Part shown: one piece after another, positions 1-8,836 of the stretch
Position numbering within the stretch: the stretch's first letter is position 1
Layout: the number at the start of each line of letters is the position of its first letter
Made by a program: the position numbers and the translations under genes
Assembly (NCBI GenBank): GCA_965207455.1
Contig: CBDBMJ010000003.1
Location: forward strand, 64,001 to 128,000
Length of the DNA: 64,000 nt
Reading direction: 5' to 3'
Source: Bdellovibrionota bacterium
Lineage (GTDB): Bacteria > Bdellovibrionota > UBA1018 > CAIPTA01 > JAALKR01
Notes under the pieces: model-generated
Seen by the model: only the letters and a program-made list of their open reading frames with translations
Databases searched by the model: none
Told to the model about the DNA's origin: nothing

Positions 1-361
1 AACGCAAAGCTCCCTGAGCATTGGCCATTCGATCAGCACCCAAGATAGCAGGGTTGGGTAATTGTATTTCAAAGGACCATGGACTGCTTTCTTTGGCTAT
101 CACTAGGGGAATACTCAGTTCATGGAACAGTTGGCTCCAAGTGGACTCCAGCGCTGGAACCACGGAAGCAAGGACTGCTTTTTCAAGCTGCTTCTCTAGA
201 GAGTGTTTCCTACGGGAAAGGTTTGTTTCCAAGTAGGTGAAAAGCTCATCAGCATAGGCATGGCGATTGCTTTGTATGTGGAAAGTATGAAGCTTTCCAT
301 CGGACTCGAATAAGCCAAATGTTGTGCGTGAGTTGCCGATGTCAATAATGAGTTTAGCCAT
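1..361 (-). CDS. coaX: Type III pantothenate kinase (partial, runs off window start)
   Basis: Not in ORF track; manual translation from ATG at 361 gives MAKLIIDIGNSRTTFGLF and later PAILGADRMANA (DxGN and GADR motifs); start overlaps the upstream gene's stop. Confidence 0.9.
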   Translation of the reverse strand, partial: MAKLIIDIGNSRTTFGLFESDGKLHTFHIQSNRHAYADELFTYLETNLSRRKHSLEKQLEKAVLASVVPALESTWSQLFHELSIPLVIAKESSPWSFEIQLPNPAILGADRMANAQGALR

Positions 362-966
362 TATTTTTTACCTCTATTTTCATTTCTACTTTCATATTTG
401 GCTTCATTTTTCTTGCTATTCTTTTTTTTCTTTTCAACTTTGACTTCGGGCTTGGGTTTTGGTTTCTTATCTGGATAGTTAATTTTGTAGATAACGGGAA
501 CGCCCAGTACTTTATTTCTTATGGGTAGGAGTACAACGCTAATGCCTTGATTTATTTTTTTTAAAGAGGGGGGGGAGCTCTTTTTTCGAAGTATGGATCT
601 TACCATGGGTTTAAGCTCTGTGGGCCAATGGGCCACGAATTTCTTCTCAGAGAGATTTACCCAAAATTTAACATTATATTCTTTTTTATTGACATAGACT
701 TGTCCCTCTATGCTGGATTTTTTTACGGTGGGGAACTTTTTATTATTGTCAAGTAAGAAAACACTCATTCCACTTCCTCTAATGAGTAACTCGGTTAGGA
801 AGGTGCCTGCGGATCGAAGTTGACCACCCCTGGGGCCTACGTTTCTCCCTTTACTTTTTTGGGTATTGGAGGCTTTGGAGGTTTTTTGAGCCAACGATGG
901 GGGAGCTATGAGGAGAATCGCCAAGGAAAGGAACAGAAGAGAACTTTTTTTAATTTGTTTTTTCAT
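361..966 (-). CDS. Hypothetical exported, Lys-rich protein
   Basis: Signal peptide (PSLA-Q), GPRGGQLR motif, abuts panB and coaX. Confidence 0.7.
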   Translation of the reverse strand: MKKQIKKSSLLFLSLAILLIAPPSLAQKTSKASNTQKSKGRNVGPRGGQLRSAGTFLTELLIRGSGMSVFLLDNNKKFPTVKKSSIEGQVYVNKKEYNVKFWVNLSEKKFVAHWPTELKPMVRSILRKKSSPPSLKKINQGISVVLLPIRNKVLGVPVIYKINYPDKKPKPKPEVKVEKKKKNSKKNEAKYESRNENRGKK

Positions 967-967
967 C

Positions 968-1768
968 CTATCCCTTGACTTGTTTTACATAATCCGAGGC
1001 AGCTCCACTGACTATTTTTTTCAAATTGCAGTAGGGCGTAGCAAACTTTGGCGTGGGACCAAAGGTATAGCCTAAGATATCATTTACCACGAGCACCTCT
1101 CCATCACAAACAGTTCCTGCTCCGATCCCAATGGTCGGAATTTTTAATTCTTGGGTAATTTGTTCCGCTGCTGTGGGATGTAGGCACTCCAGTACCAAAG
1201 AAAAACATCCAGCTTTTTCTAAAGCTAGGGCTGATTGCACCAAGAGGTCCACATCTTTTTCCGTTTTTCCGTGGATATAAAACCCTCCCATTTGGTGTAT
1301 GGACTGAGGAGTGAGACCAATGTGACCCATCACTGGGATCCCTGTCTCCACACAGCGACGGGTGAGTTCTAGAATATGGGGGGAGGCGCCCTCCATTTTT
1401 ACGGCCTGTACTCCACCCTCGCCCAAACAACGACCACTACTGATCAGACCCGTCTCCACAGAACTTTGATAGCTCATAAAAGGAAGGTCTGCGATAACAA
1501 ACGCTCGCTCACTTCCTCGAACCACGGCTGCTGAGTGTTCTATAATAGTATCCAAACGAACCTGAAGGGTATTTTCTTGACCGTAGACCACGTTGCCGAT
1601 GGAGTCGCCCACGAGGAGAATATCCACACCTGCATCGTCTAGGCATTGGGCTGTCATCACATCGTAGGCTGTTAGGGCAGCTAGGCGTTCCTTGCCCTTC
1701 ATGGCTTGGAGGGAGTGGAGTGTGTGTCGTTTTGTTTTGTTTTGTACGCTACTCATATTTTGTTCCAT
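968..1768 (-). CDS. panB: 3-methyl-2-oxobutanoate hydroxymethyltransferase
   Basis: LTAYD, LVGDSIG, ADLPFMSY, VKMEG, GHIGLTPQS, TIGIGAG motifs. Confidence 0.97.
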   Translation of the reverse strand: MEQNMSSVQNKTKRHTLHSLQAMKGKERLAALTAYDVMTAQCLDDAGVDILLVGDSIGNVVYGQENTLQVRLDTIIEHSAAVVRGSERAFVIADLPFMSYQSSVETGLISSGRCLGEGGVQAVKMEGASPHILELTRRCVETGIPVMGHIGLTPQSIHQMGGFYIHGKTEKDVDLLVQSALALEKAGCFSLVLECLHPTAAEQITQELKIPTIGIGAGTVCDGEVLVVNDILGYTFGPTPKFATPYCNLKKIVSGAASDYVKQVKG

Positions 1769-2675
1769 TGGTAGTTGGGTTCCTATAGCGTTCCGTTCCT
1801 TTCTTGCTAATCGGTGATCCCGATTCTATTTCTTTAGAAAACTCTTGGGCAAAAACTCCAGACTCAATATCTTCCCAAAGTTTTTCCATTCGGGGTTGAA
1901 GTTCCTTTTGGGGAAGTAAATATTCTGAAGCTCGTATGCCGCCGAACCTAGCGGTGCTACTTACTTTTTCTAACATTCCAGCCACACCCCATTCTACCAT
2001 CATATCCACGATGAGTTTGGTTTCATGCAAGCACTCATAGGTGGCTAGTGTCGGATTGATTCCTTTTTTCACAAGGTGGCGTATGCTGGCATCCAGTAGG
2101 TGGGGGATTCCCCCGCATAATAGGATTTGTTCGCTGAAAAGATCGGCGTTGGTTTCCTCGGAAAAGGTGCTTTCCAGCAAGCCCACTCGATGGCAGCCCA
2201 GTCCTGTGGCAATTGCGCGGGCAAGTTCCCAAGAATTACCCGAGGCATCCTGAGATACAGCAAGCACGCCCATCACTCCTGAACCAGCCACATAGTTTTC
2301 TCGGAGTTTTTTACCGATACCTTTCGGGGCAACGAGAATGGAGTTGTCTTGGGGAGAGAGGGGAAGTTTCCCGTACGTTACGGCAAAGCCGTGGGCAAAA
2401 ACAAAGGTTCGGGGTGAGCCATCTTTGCAGTGGGTTTGGAAAAAAAGTGGAATCTTTTCATCTGGAATTAAAATGGCTATGGGGTGGAGCGCTCGATTTT
2501 CCAGTGCCTCCTCTAGGGAGCAGGTGGCAAAGCCATCTTTTTGAGCTCGCTCAATGGAGGTTCCCTTGTTTAATGCATTGCGCCCAGAGACAGTCACGTC
2601 CCATCCTGAGTCTTTTAGGTTTTTTGCCCATGCTTGCCCTTGATTTCCGTAGCCAATAAGTGTAATTTGTGCCAT
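1749..2675 (-). CDS. ilvC: Ketol-acid reductoisomerase (short form)
   Basis: IGYGNQG, FAHGF, VAPKG, EETNADLFSEQ.LCGG, YECLHE, VSSTARFG. Confidence 0.93.
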   Translation of the reverse strand: MAQITLIGYGNQGQAWAKNLKDSGWDVTVSGRNALNKGTSIERAQKDGFATCSLEEALENRALHPIAILIPDEKIPLFFQTHCKDGSPRTFVFAHGFAVTYGKLPLSPQDNSILVAPKGIGKKLRENYVAGSGVMGVLAVSQDASGNSWELARAIATGLGCHRVGLLESTFSEETNADLFSEQILLCGGIPHLLDASIRHLVKKGINPTLATYECLHETKLIVDMMVEWGVAGMLEKVSSTARFGGIRASEYLLPQKELQPRMEKLWEDIESGVFAQEFSKEIESGSPISKKGTERYRNPTTNGTKYE

Positions 2676-2701
2676 GTGACTAATTACTAGCAGGATTTTC
2701 C

Positions 2702-3109
2702 ATGTTACTCAACTTTATGAAAGCAAAAATTCACCGACTTCGGGTTACTCAAGCCAATCATGAGTATGAGGGGAGTGTGACCATTGATGAGCTCCTGATG
2801 AAGGAGGCAGGCATATTGCCTTATGAGCAGGTGCAGGTCTATGACGTGACCTCTGGGAGTCGTTTTGTGACGTATGCGATGGAGGGCCCTCCTGGAAAAG
2901 GGGATTGCTGTGTGAATGGAGCAGCCGCACGTTTGGTGGCTCTAGGGGATGAGGTAATTATCATGAGTTATTGCTTATTAACCCAAGAGGAGGCTTTGGA
3001 TTACCAGCCCAAGGTGGTGCTTATGAATAAAGACAATTCTATTAAAGACAGTTTTACGGTTCGAGGGGGACATAAGGAAGTGGGCGCACCGTTGGTGGAA
3101 AGAAAGTAA
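2702..3109 (+). CDS. panD: Aspartate 1-decarboxylase
   Basis: KAKIHR, YEGSVTID cleavage site, RFVTY, NGAAAR. Confidence 0.97.
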   Translation: MLLNFMKAKIHRLRVTQANHEYEGSVTIDELLMKEAGILPYEQVQVYDVTSGSRFVTYAMEGPPGKGDCCVNGAAARLVALGDEVIIMSYCLLTQEEALDYQPKVVLMNKDNSIKDSFTVRGGHKEVGAPLVERK

Positions 3110-3113
3110 GCCT

Positions 3114-4235
3114 ATGGAGTGGGTGGTATTTCTTGTTCTTGCTGCTCTAACTGTTCTAGTAGCTGCTCTTGTATTTATTTTTCGTTCTAACAGTAGGGAT
3201 AGGGATTTAGCCCTGATCGCGCTTCAGCAAAACATGATGAAGCAAATGCAAGAGGATGGTGTGAGTTTGCGAAAAGAGTTTAGCCAGTCTTTGCACGAGT
3301 CCATGCAAAATATTTCCACAGTGCTGGGTGGGGTGAGTACTCAGCTCAATAAGCGTATGGAGGAGACAAACACTACTTTGGGTCGCACTCAAAATAATGT
3401 GGGAGATCGGCTCGACAATGCGGCCAAAGTTATCCACAACCTACAAAATCAATTGGGAACTTTGGAGGAGTCCAGCCGACGTATGTTGGATATAGGTCAG
3501 GGGCTTAAAAATTTAGAGAATGTGTTGAGAAATCCAAAAATTCGAGGAAACATGGGCGAGTTTTTTCTAGAGGATCTTCTCAGACAAGTTTTGCCCACGG
3601 GTAGCTACGGCATACAACATTCCTTTCGATCAGGTGTTACCGTAGATGCTGTGGTGTATGTGGGTGATAATCTGCTACCCATCGACTCCAAGTTTCCTGT
3701 GGAGAGTTTTGTGCGTTTTTTGACTATTCCCGATGATGAACCCGACAAAAAGAAAAAAGAATACCGGGCTTTTATTGCCACCATCAAACACCACGCCAAT
3801 GACATTGCTAAAAAATATATTTGTCCCGATGAAAACACCTTTGATTTTGCTTTTATGTATATTCCTGCGGAGAATGTATACTACGAGACTATTATTCGTA
3901 ACGACGGTACAATCAATTCAGACTCCCTATACTCCTGGTTACTACAAAAGAAAGTAATTCCCGTATCTCCTAACTCTCTATATGCTTACCTGCAAGTAAT
4001 ACTGTTGGGTTTAAAGGGCATGAAGATTCAAGAAAGTGCAAAAGAGATTCTCCAGGGCTTAGACCAGCTCTCCGGCGATCTCCGCCGCTTCCAAAGCGAC
4101 TACTCCGTATTGGGAAAGCACATAAAAAATGCAGGCAATACTTTCGAGGGTGGAAATAAATATTTGGAAAAATTTCAAGGTCGTTATGACCAGCTTCTAC
4201 AAACGAAGGAGTATCGTGGAATTACCAAAGAATAA
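3114..4235 (+). CDS. rmuC: DNA recombination protein RmuC family
   Basis: N-terminal TM, coiled coil, RGNMGE, IDSKFP, DFAFMYIPAE. Confidence 0.92.
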   Translation: MEWVVFLVLAALTVLVAALVFIFRSNSRDRDLALIALQQNMMKQMQEDGVSLRKEFSQSLHESMQNISTVLGGVSTQLNKRMEETNTTLGRTQNNVGDRLDNAAKVIHNLQNQLGTLEESSRRMLDIGQGLKNLENVLRNPKIRGNMGEFFLEDLLRQVLPTGSYGIQHSFRSGVTVDAVVYVGDNLLPIDSKFPVESFVRFLTIPDDEPDKKKKEYRAFIATIKHHANDIAKKYICPDENTFDFAFMYIPAENVYYETIIRNDGTINSDSLYSWLLQKKVIPVSPNSLYAYLQVILLGLKGMKIQESAKEILQGLDQLSGDLRRFQSDYSVLGKHIKNAGNTFEGGNKYLEKFQGRYDQLLQTKEYRGITKE

Positions 4236-4587
4236 ATCCTCCATACGTTCCTGGTCCTACTTTATTCTCTACTGTGTGATGATTGTGTTTTTCACTCATA
4301 AGAAACCACTGGATCCCAGTTCCTACCCTTTTCCAAAGTATGGGGAATTGGTCCATTGTGTGGAATACTTTTTCTTTGCCATACTATTGCAGAAAGCCCT
4401 GCTTCGCAGTGAGGTGCCCAGGAGTTTTTGGTATGCCTTTGGGGGCACGTCCATCTTTGCTGTGGGAAACGCCCTGTATCTCTCCTTTTTCTCCAACGGT
4501 GGCGCTTGGAGCACTACGGATTATATGGCCGTTGGGCTGGGAATAGGGCTTGCCATGTTTCTCTTAAATAGTATTTATCGCACCTAG
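4216..4587 (+). CDS. VanZ-like membrane protein
   Basis: Hydrophobic segments, VHCVEY motif; probable GTG start at 4216 within ORF 4129..4587. Confidence 0.55.
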   Translation: MELPKNKSSIRSWSYFILYCVMIVFFTHKKPLDPSSYPFPKYGELVHCVEYFFFAILLQKALLRSEVPRSFWYAFGGTSIFAVGNALYLSFFSNGGAWSTTDYMAVGLGIGLAMFLLNSIYRT

Positions 4588-4793
4588 GGTCCCAGGTCCG
4601 TGAGCATTTCCACCCCACCCACATCCGTTAGGTACACATGACCCGCGGGGCACACATGCTGTTCCACTTTTCTGGAAACATCATCGGGACGAATCCCACG
4701 AATCACAGGTATTGAGGAAAAATTGGTCTTACAGATGGGACAATCCAATGCTCGTTCCAAGGGATGCTTGGGTAGGGAATGTGCTTTTGTCAT
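4584..4793 (-). CDS. Small putative zinc-ribbon protein
   Basis: 69 aa with CPIC and CPAGH. Confidence 0.55.
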   Translation of the reverse strand: MTKAHSLPKHPLERALDCPICKTNFSSIPVIRGIRPDDVSRKVEQHVCPAGHVYLTDVGGVEMLTDLGP

Positions 4794-4856
4794 GCCATTA
4801 CCATAACATTAATTATATATATTTAAAAGCATCACTTATTTAAATATTTGAGAAAC

Positions 4857-4890
4857 AAAAAAGCCCTCTCTATTTCTAAAGAAGGCTTTT
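4857..4890 (-). terminator. Intrinsic terminator after the secreted paralog pair
   Basis: Minus strand AAAAGCCTTCTTTA-GAAA-TAGAGAGGGCTTTTTT. Confidence 0.7.
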
Positions 4891-4903
4891 CTATTAAGAA
4901 GAT

Positions 4904-5000
4904 TTTGTAATAAATTAAAATTTATGTATTTAAATTTTTTGGTTAGCTGCCGGTTGCATTTTTTGATGAGCAATCATCAGCATCAGTTGATGCGAAAGGC
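4904..5000. repeat. 97-bp direct repeat, copy 1
   Basis: Identical to 5720-5816; covers 3' end of CDS plus downstream DNA. Confidence 0.95.
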
Positions 5001-5698
5001 TCTTTATAGCTCATGCCTCGTTCTTTGAGGCTGGTGTAGTCGTCATTTCTTTTCAATTCAGTACAGAGGTTATTTAACTTCTGTACTTGTTTCGCTAACC
5101 TTTTAGCTTCTGCTTCCGCTTCTTGAGCTTCAGTTATTGCTTCTTCAACTTCTTTTTCTCCAATCAAATTTTTAAATCTTTTTTCCTTGATTACAAGCGC
5201 CAGCTCAGACTCTACTCTTGTACTTACTTGAGAACCTATTTCATCTTCTATATTCGTCTTATATCTATCAAGCAGATCAGCGCCAAAACCCTTAGTATAT
5301 CCAGAAAAAATACAAGTAAATATACCTTCTTTAAGTAATTTATAATTAGTCAAGAGAACATCTGATCTAGTCGAGACTCCACGGAGTATAAATCTTGAAA
5401 TTATACTTGGCTCTTCTGTTGCCTCACATCTAGAATAATTTTCAGAGATATAAGTTGCGATATGAGACTTTAGCTTTTCCCTGATCACAGTATCTGTGGA
5501 AGAAATAGTTTTTTGATATTCCGCTGTCTTACTTTCCGCATCTCTAACTCTCTCTTTTGCACGTATGAATTTCTCCTCAGCAGAAACAGGTTTCACCGAT
5601 GAATCATCACTCTCAGGATTCAGCGCATGTCCAATTGTTGGTGATGCTATGGAAAGCGCTATTGCTGTTATCATTACTATATTTTTTGTTTTTATCAT
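4943..5698 (-). CDS. Hypothetical secreted helical protein, paralog A
   Basis: Signal peptide, AT-rich, homologous blocks shared with 5759..6436. Confidence 0.85.
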   Translation of the reverse strand: MIKTKNIVMITAIALSIASPTIGHALNPESDDSSVKPVSAEEKFIRAKERVRDAESKTAEYQKTISSTDTVIREKLKSHIATYISENYSRCEATEEPSIISRFILRGVSTRSDVLLTNYKLLKEGIFTCIFSGYTKGFGADLLDRYKTNIEDEIGSQVSTRVESELALVIKEKRFKNLIGEKEVEEAITEAQEAEAEAKRLAKQVQKLNNLCTELKRNDDYTSLKERGMSYKEPFASTDADDCSSKNATGS

Positions 5699-5719
5699 TT
5701 TTTTATCCTCAGGGAGTAG

Positions 5720-5816
5720 TTTGTAATAAATTAAAATTTATGTATTTAAATTTTTTGGTTAGCTGCCGGTTGCATTTTTTGATGAGCAATCATCAGCATC
5801 AGTTGATGCGAAAGGC
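5720..5816. repeat. 97-bp direct repeat, copy 2
   Basis: Identical to 4904-5000. Confidence 0.95.
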
Positions 5817-6436
5817 ACTTTATAGTCTAGACGTTGATCTAGGATAATAGCGATGTCATCTCTTATTGCTCTATCAAGGAGGTTCTCTAATTTTAGAAGT
5901 TGCATAGCCAATTGAATAGCTTTTTCTTCTGCATATGCAAATTTTCTTTCTGCATCTAGATCTTCTTCCGCACTTATAGCATCGTTTATATCCTTTTTTT
6001 CAGCTTCTACTTTTGTACTTACTTGAAGCTCTATTTCATCACCCAGCATTTCAAAATACGTTTTATTTATACTACCTTTAGTAAATCCATGAAAAATGCA
6101 TCTCGATATTCCTATTTCGATTCCTTCATTACGATCAACTGGTATGCTTCTATTGTTCAAATAACGATAGTCCGCACCCATTATCCGAATATCGTTTATT
6201 TCTTCTTCCTTGCACCTAGTATAATTTTTAGAAATATAAGATGAGAGATGAGACTTTATTTCTTTATTTTTAGAATCAAGTTCCACTTGATATTCCACAA
6301 TCACTTCATTTAAAACCGCGGTCCTCTGCTTAGAGTTCTTTGACAAATCATCATCAGAATATCCAATTGTTGGTAAGGCTATGGCAAGTACCATTGCTGT
6401 TATCGCTATTATATTTTTATTGCTTGTTTTCATCAT
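5759..6436 (-). CDS. Hypothetical secreted helical protein, paralog B
   Basis: Signal peptide, AAGGAG RBS, same C-terminal PFASTDADDCSSKNATGS as paralog A. Confidence 0.85.
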   Translation of the reverse strand: MMKTSNKNIIAITAMVLAIALPTIGYSDDDLSKNSKQRTAVLNEVIVEYQVELDSKNKEIKSHLSSYISKNYTRCKEEEINDIRIMGADYRYLNNRSIPVDRNEGIEIGISRCIFHGFTKGSINKTYFEMLGDEIELQVSTKVEAEKKDINDAISAEEDLDAERKFAYAEEKAIQLAMQLLKLENLLDRAIRDDIAIILDQRLDYKVPFASTDADDCSSKNATGS

Positions 6437-6476
6437 TATTCTTATCTCCTTTATTCATGTTAGTTATATTTGTTAA

Positions 6477-6492
6477 TGCAAGGGACGTGCCA
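6477..6492 (-). promoter_or_regulatory. Sigma54 -24/-12 promoter
   Basis: TGGCACGTCCCTTGCA matches TGGCACG-N4-TTGCW, 40 bp upstream of the start codon. Confidence 0.8.
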
Positions 6493-6645
6493 GAATAGCT
6501 TTAAAAGGGTATAATTTAAAAAAGCTTTATTTTCAGTCGCTTAGCCGTTAATCTTATGCCTGCTGATACAAAGGCTACAAGAAATCAAGCCCTGGATTGA
6601 CTAAAAAATAAACAATGTCGAGGAATTTTACAGTAACCAGTAAAT

Positions 6646-7749
6646 TTATGTGTTTGGTTGAAGAGTGAGTACTTCTGCTTCTATCCAGGAGCCTGCCCCT
6701 GTTTGGGTTATGAGTCGGGGGTTGTGGAGTTGAAACATGGTGGGTTCTTCGGCAAAGGCAAGAGGGTATTCCGTTATGGTCACTAGGGCTTTGGTGAGTT
6801 TATAGGAAGGAGGCAAAAATCCTCCGATGGTGTCCACCAATCGGGACTGCACACAACGCTTCCAAAGGGCAGGGCCTCTGTGAATAGCTGTTAAATAAAA
6901 TCCAAAATTTCGCAGTTGACGAAGAATGGGTGCTACATCCATATAATTCTCTTTGATTGGGATTTGAACCACATGTATGCCAGCATTGATCATTTGCTTG
7001 CGCTTTTCTTCTTGGGCGGGAGCGTCCCCGATAAATACAATGGTTTTTTCCTCTCTATTTTGCACCAAGTGGGATTCCATCGGTATGGCCCCAAAGGGGT
7101 CCAGCACACATACCCAGTCTTGGAGGGAAACAATACTATCTTCCCGATAGGCTGCTTCCACGTCGAAAAGAAGAATGTCGTAGAAAAATGGAGTGCTCTT
7201 ATTGTGCACACTCACCCGTACTATCTTTTTCTCATCGTCTATCTTTAAATCCCAAATTAGTTTTATTTGTGGGAGAAAGCGGTTGATGGATTTTTTGTAA
7301 TCTTCATACAAGAGTTGGCAAAGGTGAGCTTCCTCTCCGTCGGCAATAATTACCTCTAAACCGTATTGCTCTAAACTTTGTATACCCTTGCCGCTAATAC
7401 TTTGTGTGGGATGGAGAGTACCAATTAACACTCTGGGAATGCCCATGTTTCGTATGCTTTCCGTTACTGGAGGAATGCGCTGGTAGGTGGGGTTGGGCTC
7501 CAAACTTAAGTATAGGGAAAGCTCCTCTGGCCTGGAGTGATCGTCGATGGTGTTCCACGCTTGGACCACACCATCTTCCTTGTCGCCCGGTTGAAAAACC
7601 GCTTTAGCCAGCACAGTACTTCCTCTGGCAATAATTGCGGACCAGGTGCTCTCCAAGGGTTGACCTATTTTTACTGGCGGTCGTCGACCCTCCAAAACCA
7701 ACTTATGGGTTTGGAGTAACATCTTTCTATCTAAATTCTCAAAGGTCAT
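6646..7749 (-). CDS. RibD-like deaminase/reductase-fold protein, catalytically degenerate
   Basis: LYLSLEPN..IPPV..GIPRVLIGTLHP..G.GI..L...G.EV aligns to RibD deaminase; Zn ligands missing. Confidence 0.7.
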   Translation of the reverse strand: MTFENLDRKMLLQTHKLVLEGRRPPVKIGQPLESTWSAIIARGSTVLAKAVFQPGDKEDGVVQAWNTIDDHSRPEELSLYLSLEPNPTYQRIPPVTESIRNMGIPRVLIGTLHPTQSISGKGIQSLEQYGLEVIIADGEEAHLCQLLYEDYKKSINRFLPQIKLIWDLKIDDEKKIVRVSVHNKSTPFFYDILLFDVEAAYREDSIVSLQDWVCVLDPFGAIPMESHLVQNREEKTIVFIGDAPAQEEKRKQMINAGIHVVQIPIKENYMDVAPILRQLRNFGFYLTAIHRGPALWKRCVQSRLVDTIGGFLPPSYKLTKALVTITEYPLAFAEEPTMFQLHNPRLITQTGAGSWIEAEVLTLQPNT

Positions 7750-7768
7750 GGGATTAGGAAATCATTCC

Positions 7769-8833
7769 TTAAGCAGGCTCTTCCACAAGAGCGCGCATTT
7801 CCTGTTCCACATGGTATGTCTGTGGTTGGGTGGCATCCTCTAAAATCGGAGATATGCCAACTCCCGGAATATGCTTTCCTGCAATCATGCGAGGGCGCAC
7901 TTGAAGAGAATAAAAAAGTTCGTCACATACCCTGCGAATAAGATGCTCAGAAAAATTGCACACCTCAGTGTCCTCGTTGATACAAATAAAGCGCCCTGTT
8001 TTTTTTACGGATTTGCGAATCGACTCCCAGTCGTAGGGATAAATAGTTCGTAGATCAATAACCTCGTAATGAATACCCTCTTGAGCCAATTTTTTTGCTA
8101 TCCCCTCCACTATGGGCATGAGCCTTCCCCAAGCCACCACTGTGGCCCTGTCTCCCTCTTGGCAGGTTCGTGCCTTACCAATGGAAATATTGGGATCCGA
8201 AAGCCCTTGGGGCCAACGGGGCTTCCAATTCATTTTCTTTTTTTCGTTCACAGGCATATCGATCATGTCGCGAAGTTGCTTTTCATCATCAGGCTCACCC
8301 GGTATTTTCTTCTCCCCCTTACTCCGCAAAAGCGCCTTGGGCTTTAAGTACATAACAGGGTTGGGATCTTTAATGGCCGCTAACATTAAGCCGTAAGCAT
8401 CGTAAGCGTTGGAGGGCATAACCGTCTTCCAACCAGGGATCTGTACCATTTTAGAATCAAAGGAATGGGAATGATAAATAGAACCGTGAATACCACTTCC
8501 AACGGGAGTCATCACCACAATGGGGCAAGTATAGTCGCCATTACTGGCCCAACAAGCATTGCCCGCAAGTTTTAATAGGTCGATGGTATTAAAAATATAA
8601 TCACAGAACTGAATTTCTGCCACACAACGGCTTCCTGCATAGCCCAGACCAGTGGCCATGCCAATCACACCTCGCTCGTCCAAAGGACTGTTCCAACTTG
8701 TCTCCAACCCTTGGGTGGCTGTAAATACTCCACCTAGTGGAGGACCCACGTCTTCCCCAAAAACGTCCTTTAAATCCAAGTTTTTTTCTCCGTACGCCAA
8801 CGCCATTCGGATTGCCTGTGCAATAGTCGCCAT
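7769..8833 (-). CDS. 2-oxoacid (probably branched-chain) dehydrogenase E1 beta subunit
   Basis: FGEDVG, GGVF, NSPLDE, AEIQFCDY, HSHS, EVIDLRTIYP. Confidence 0.93.
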   Translation of the reverse strand: MATIAQAIRMALAYGEKNLDLKDVFGEDVGPPLGGVFTATQGLETSWNSPLDERGVIGMATGLGYAGSRCVAEIQFCDYIFNTIDLLKLAGNACWASNGDYTCPIVVMTPVGSGIHGSIYHSHSFDSKMVQIPGWKTVMPSNAYDAYGLMLAAIKDPNPVMYLKPKALLRSKGEKKIPGEPDDEKQLRDMIDMPVNEKKKMNWKPRWPQGLSDPNISIGKARTCQEGDRATVVAWGRLMPIVEGIAKKLAQEGIHYEVIDLRTIYPYDWESIRKSVKKTGRFICINEDTEVCNFSEHLIRRVCDELFYSLQVRPRMIAGKHIPGVGISPILEDATQPQTYHVEQEMRALVEEPA

Positions 8834-8836
8834 AAA

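Noticed and set aside
21..236. Short plus-strand ORF, and similar antisense/overlapping ORFs throughout (e.g. 63480..63797)
   Set aside because: They lie opposite or within well-supported genes and show no motifs
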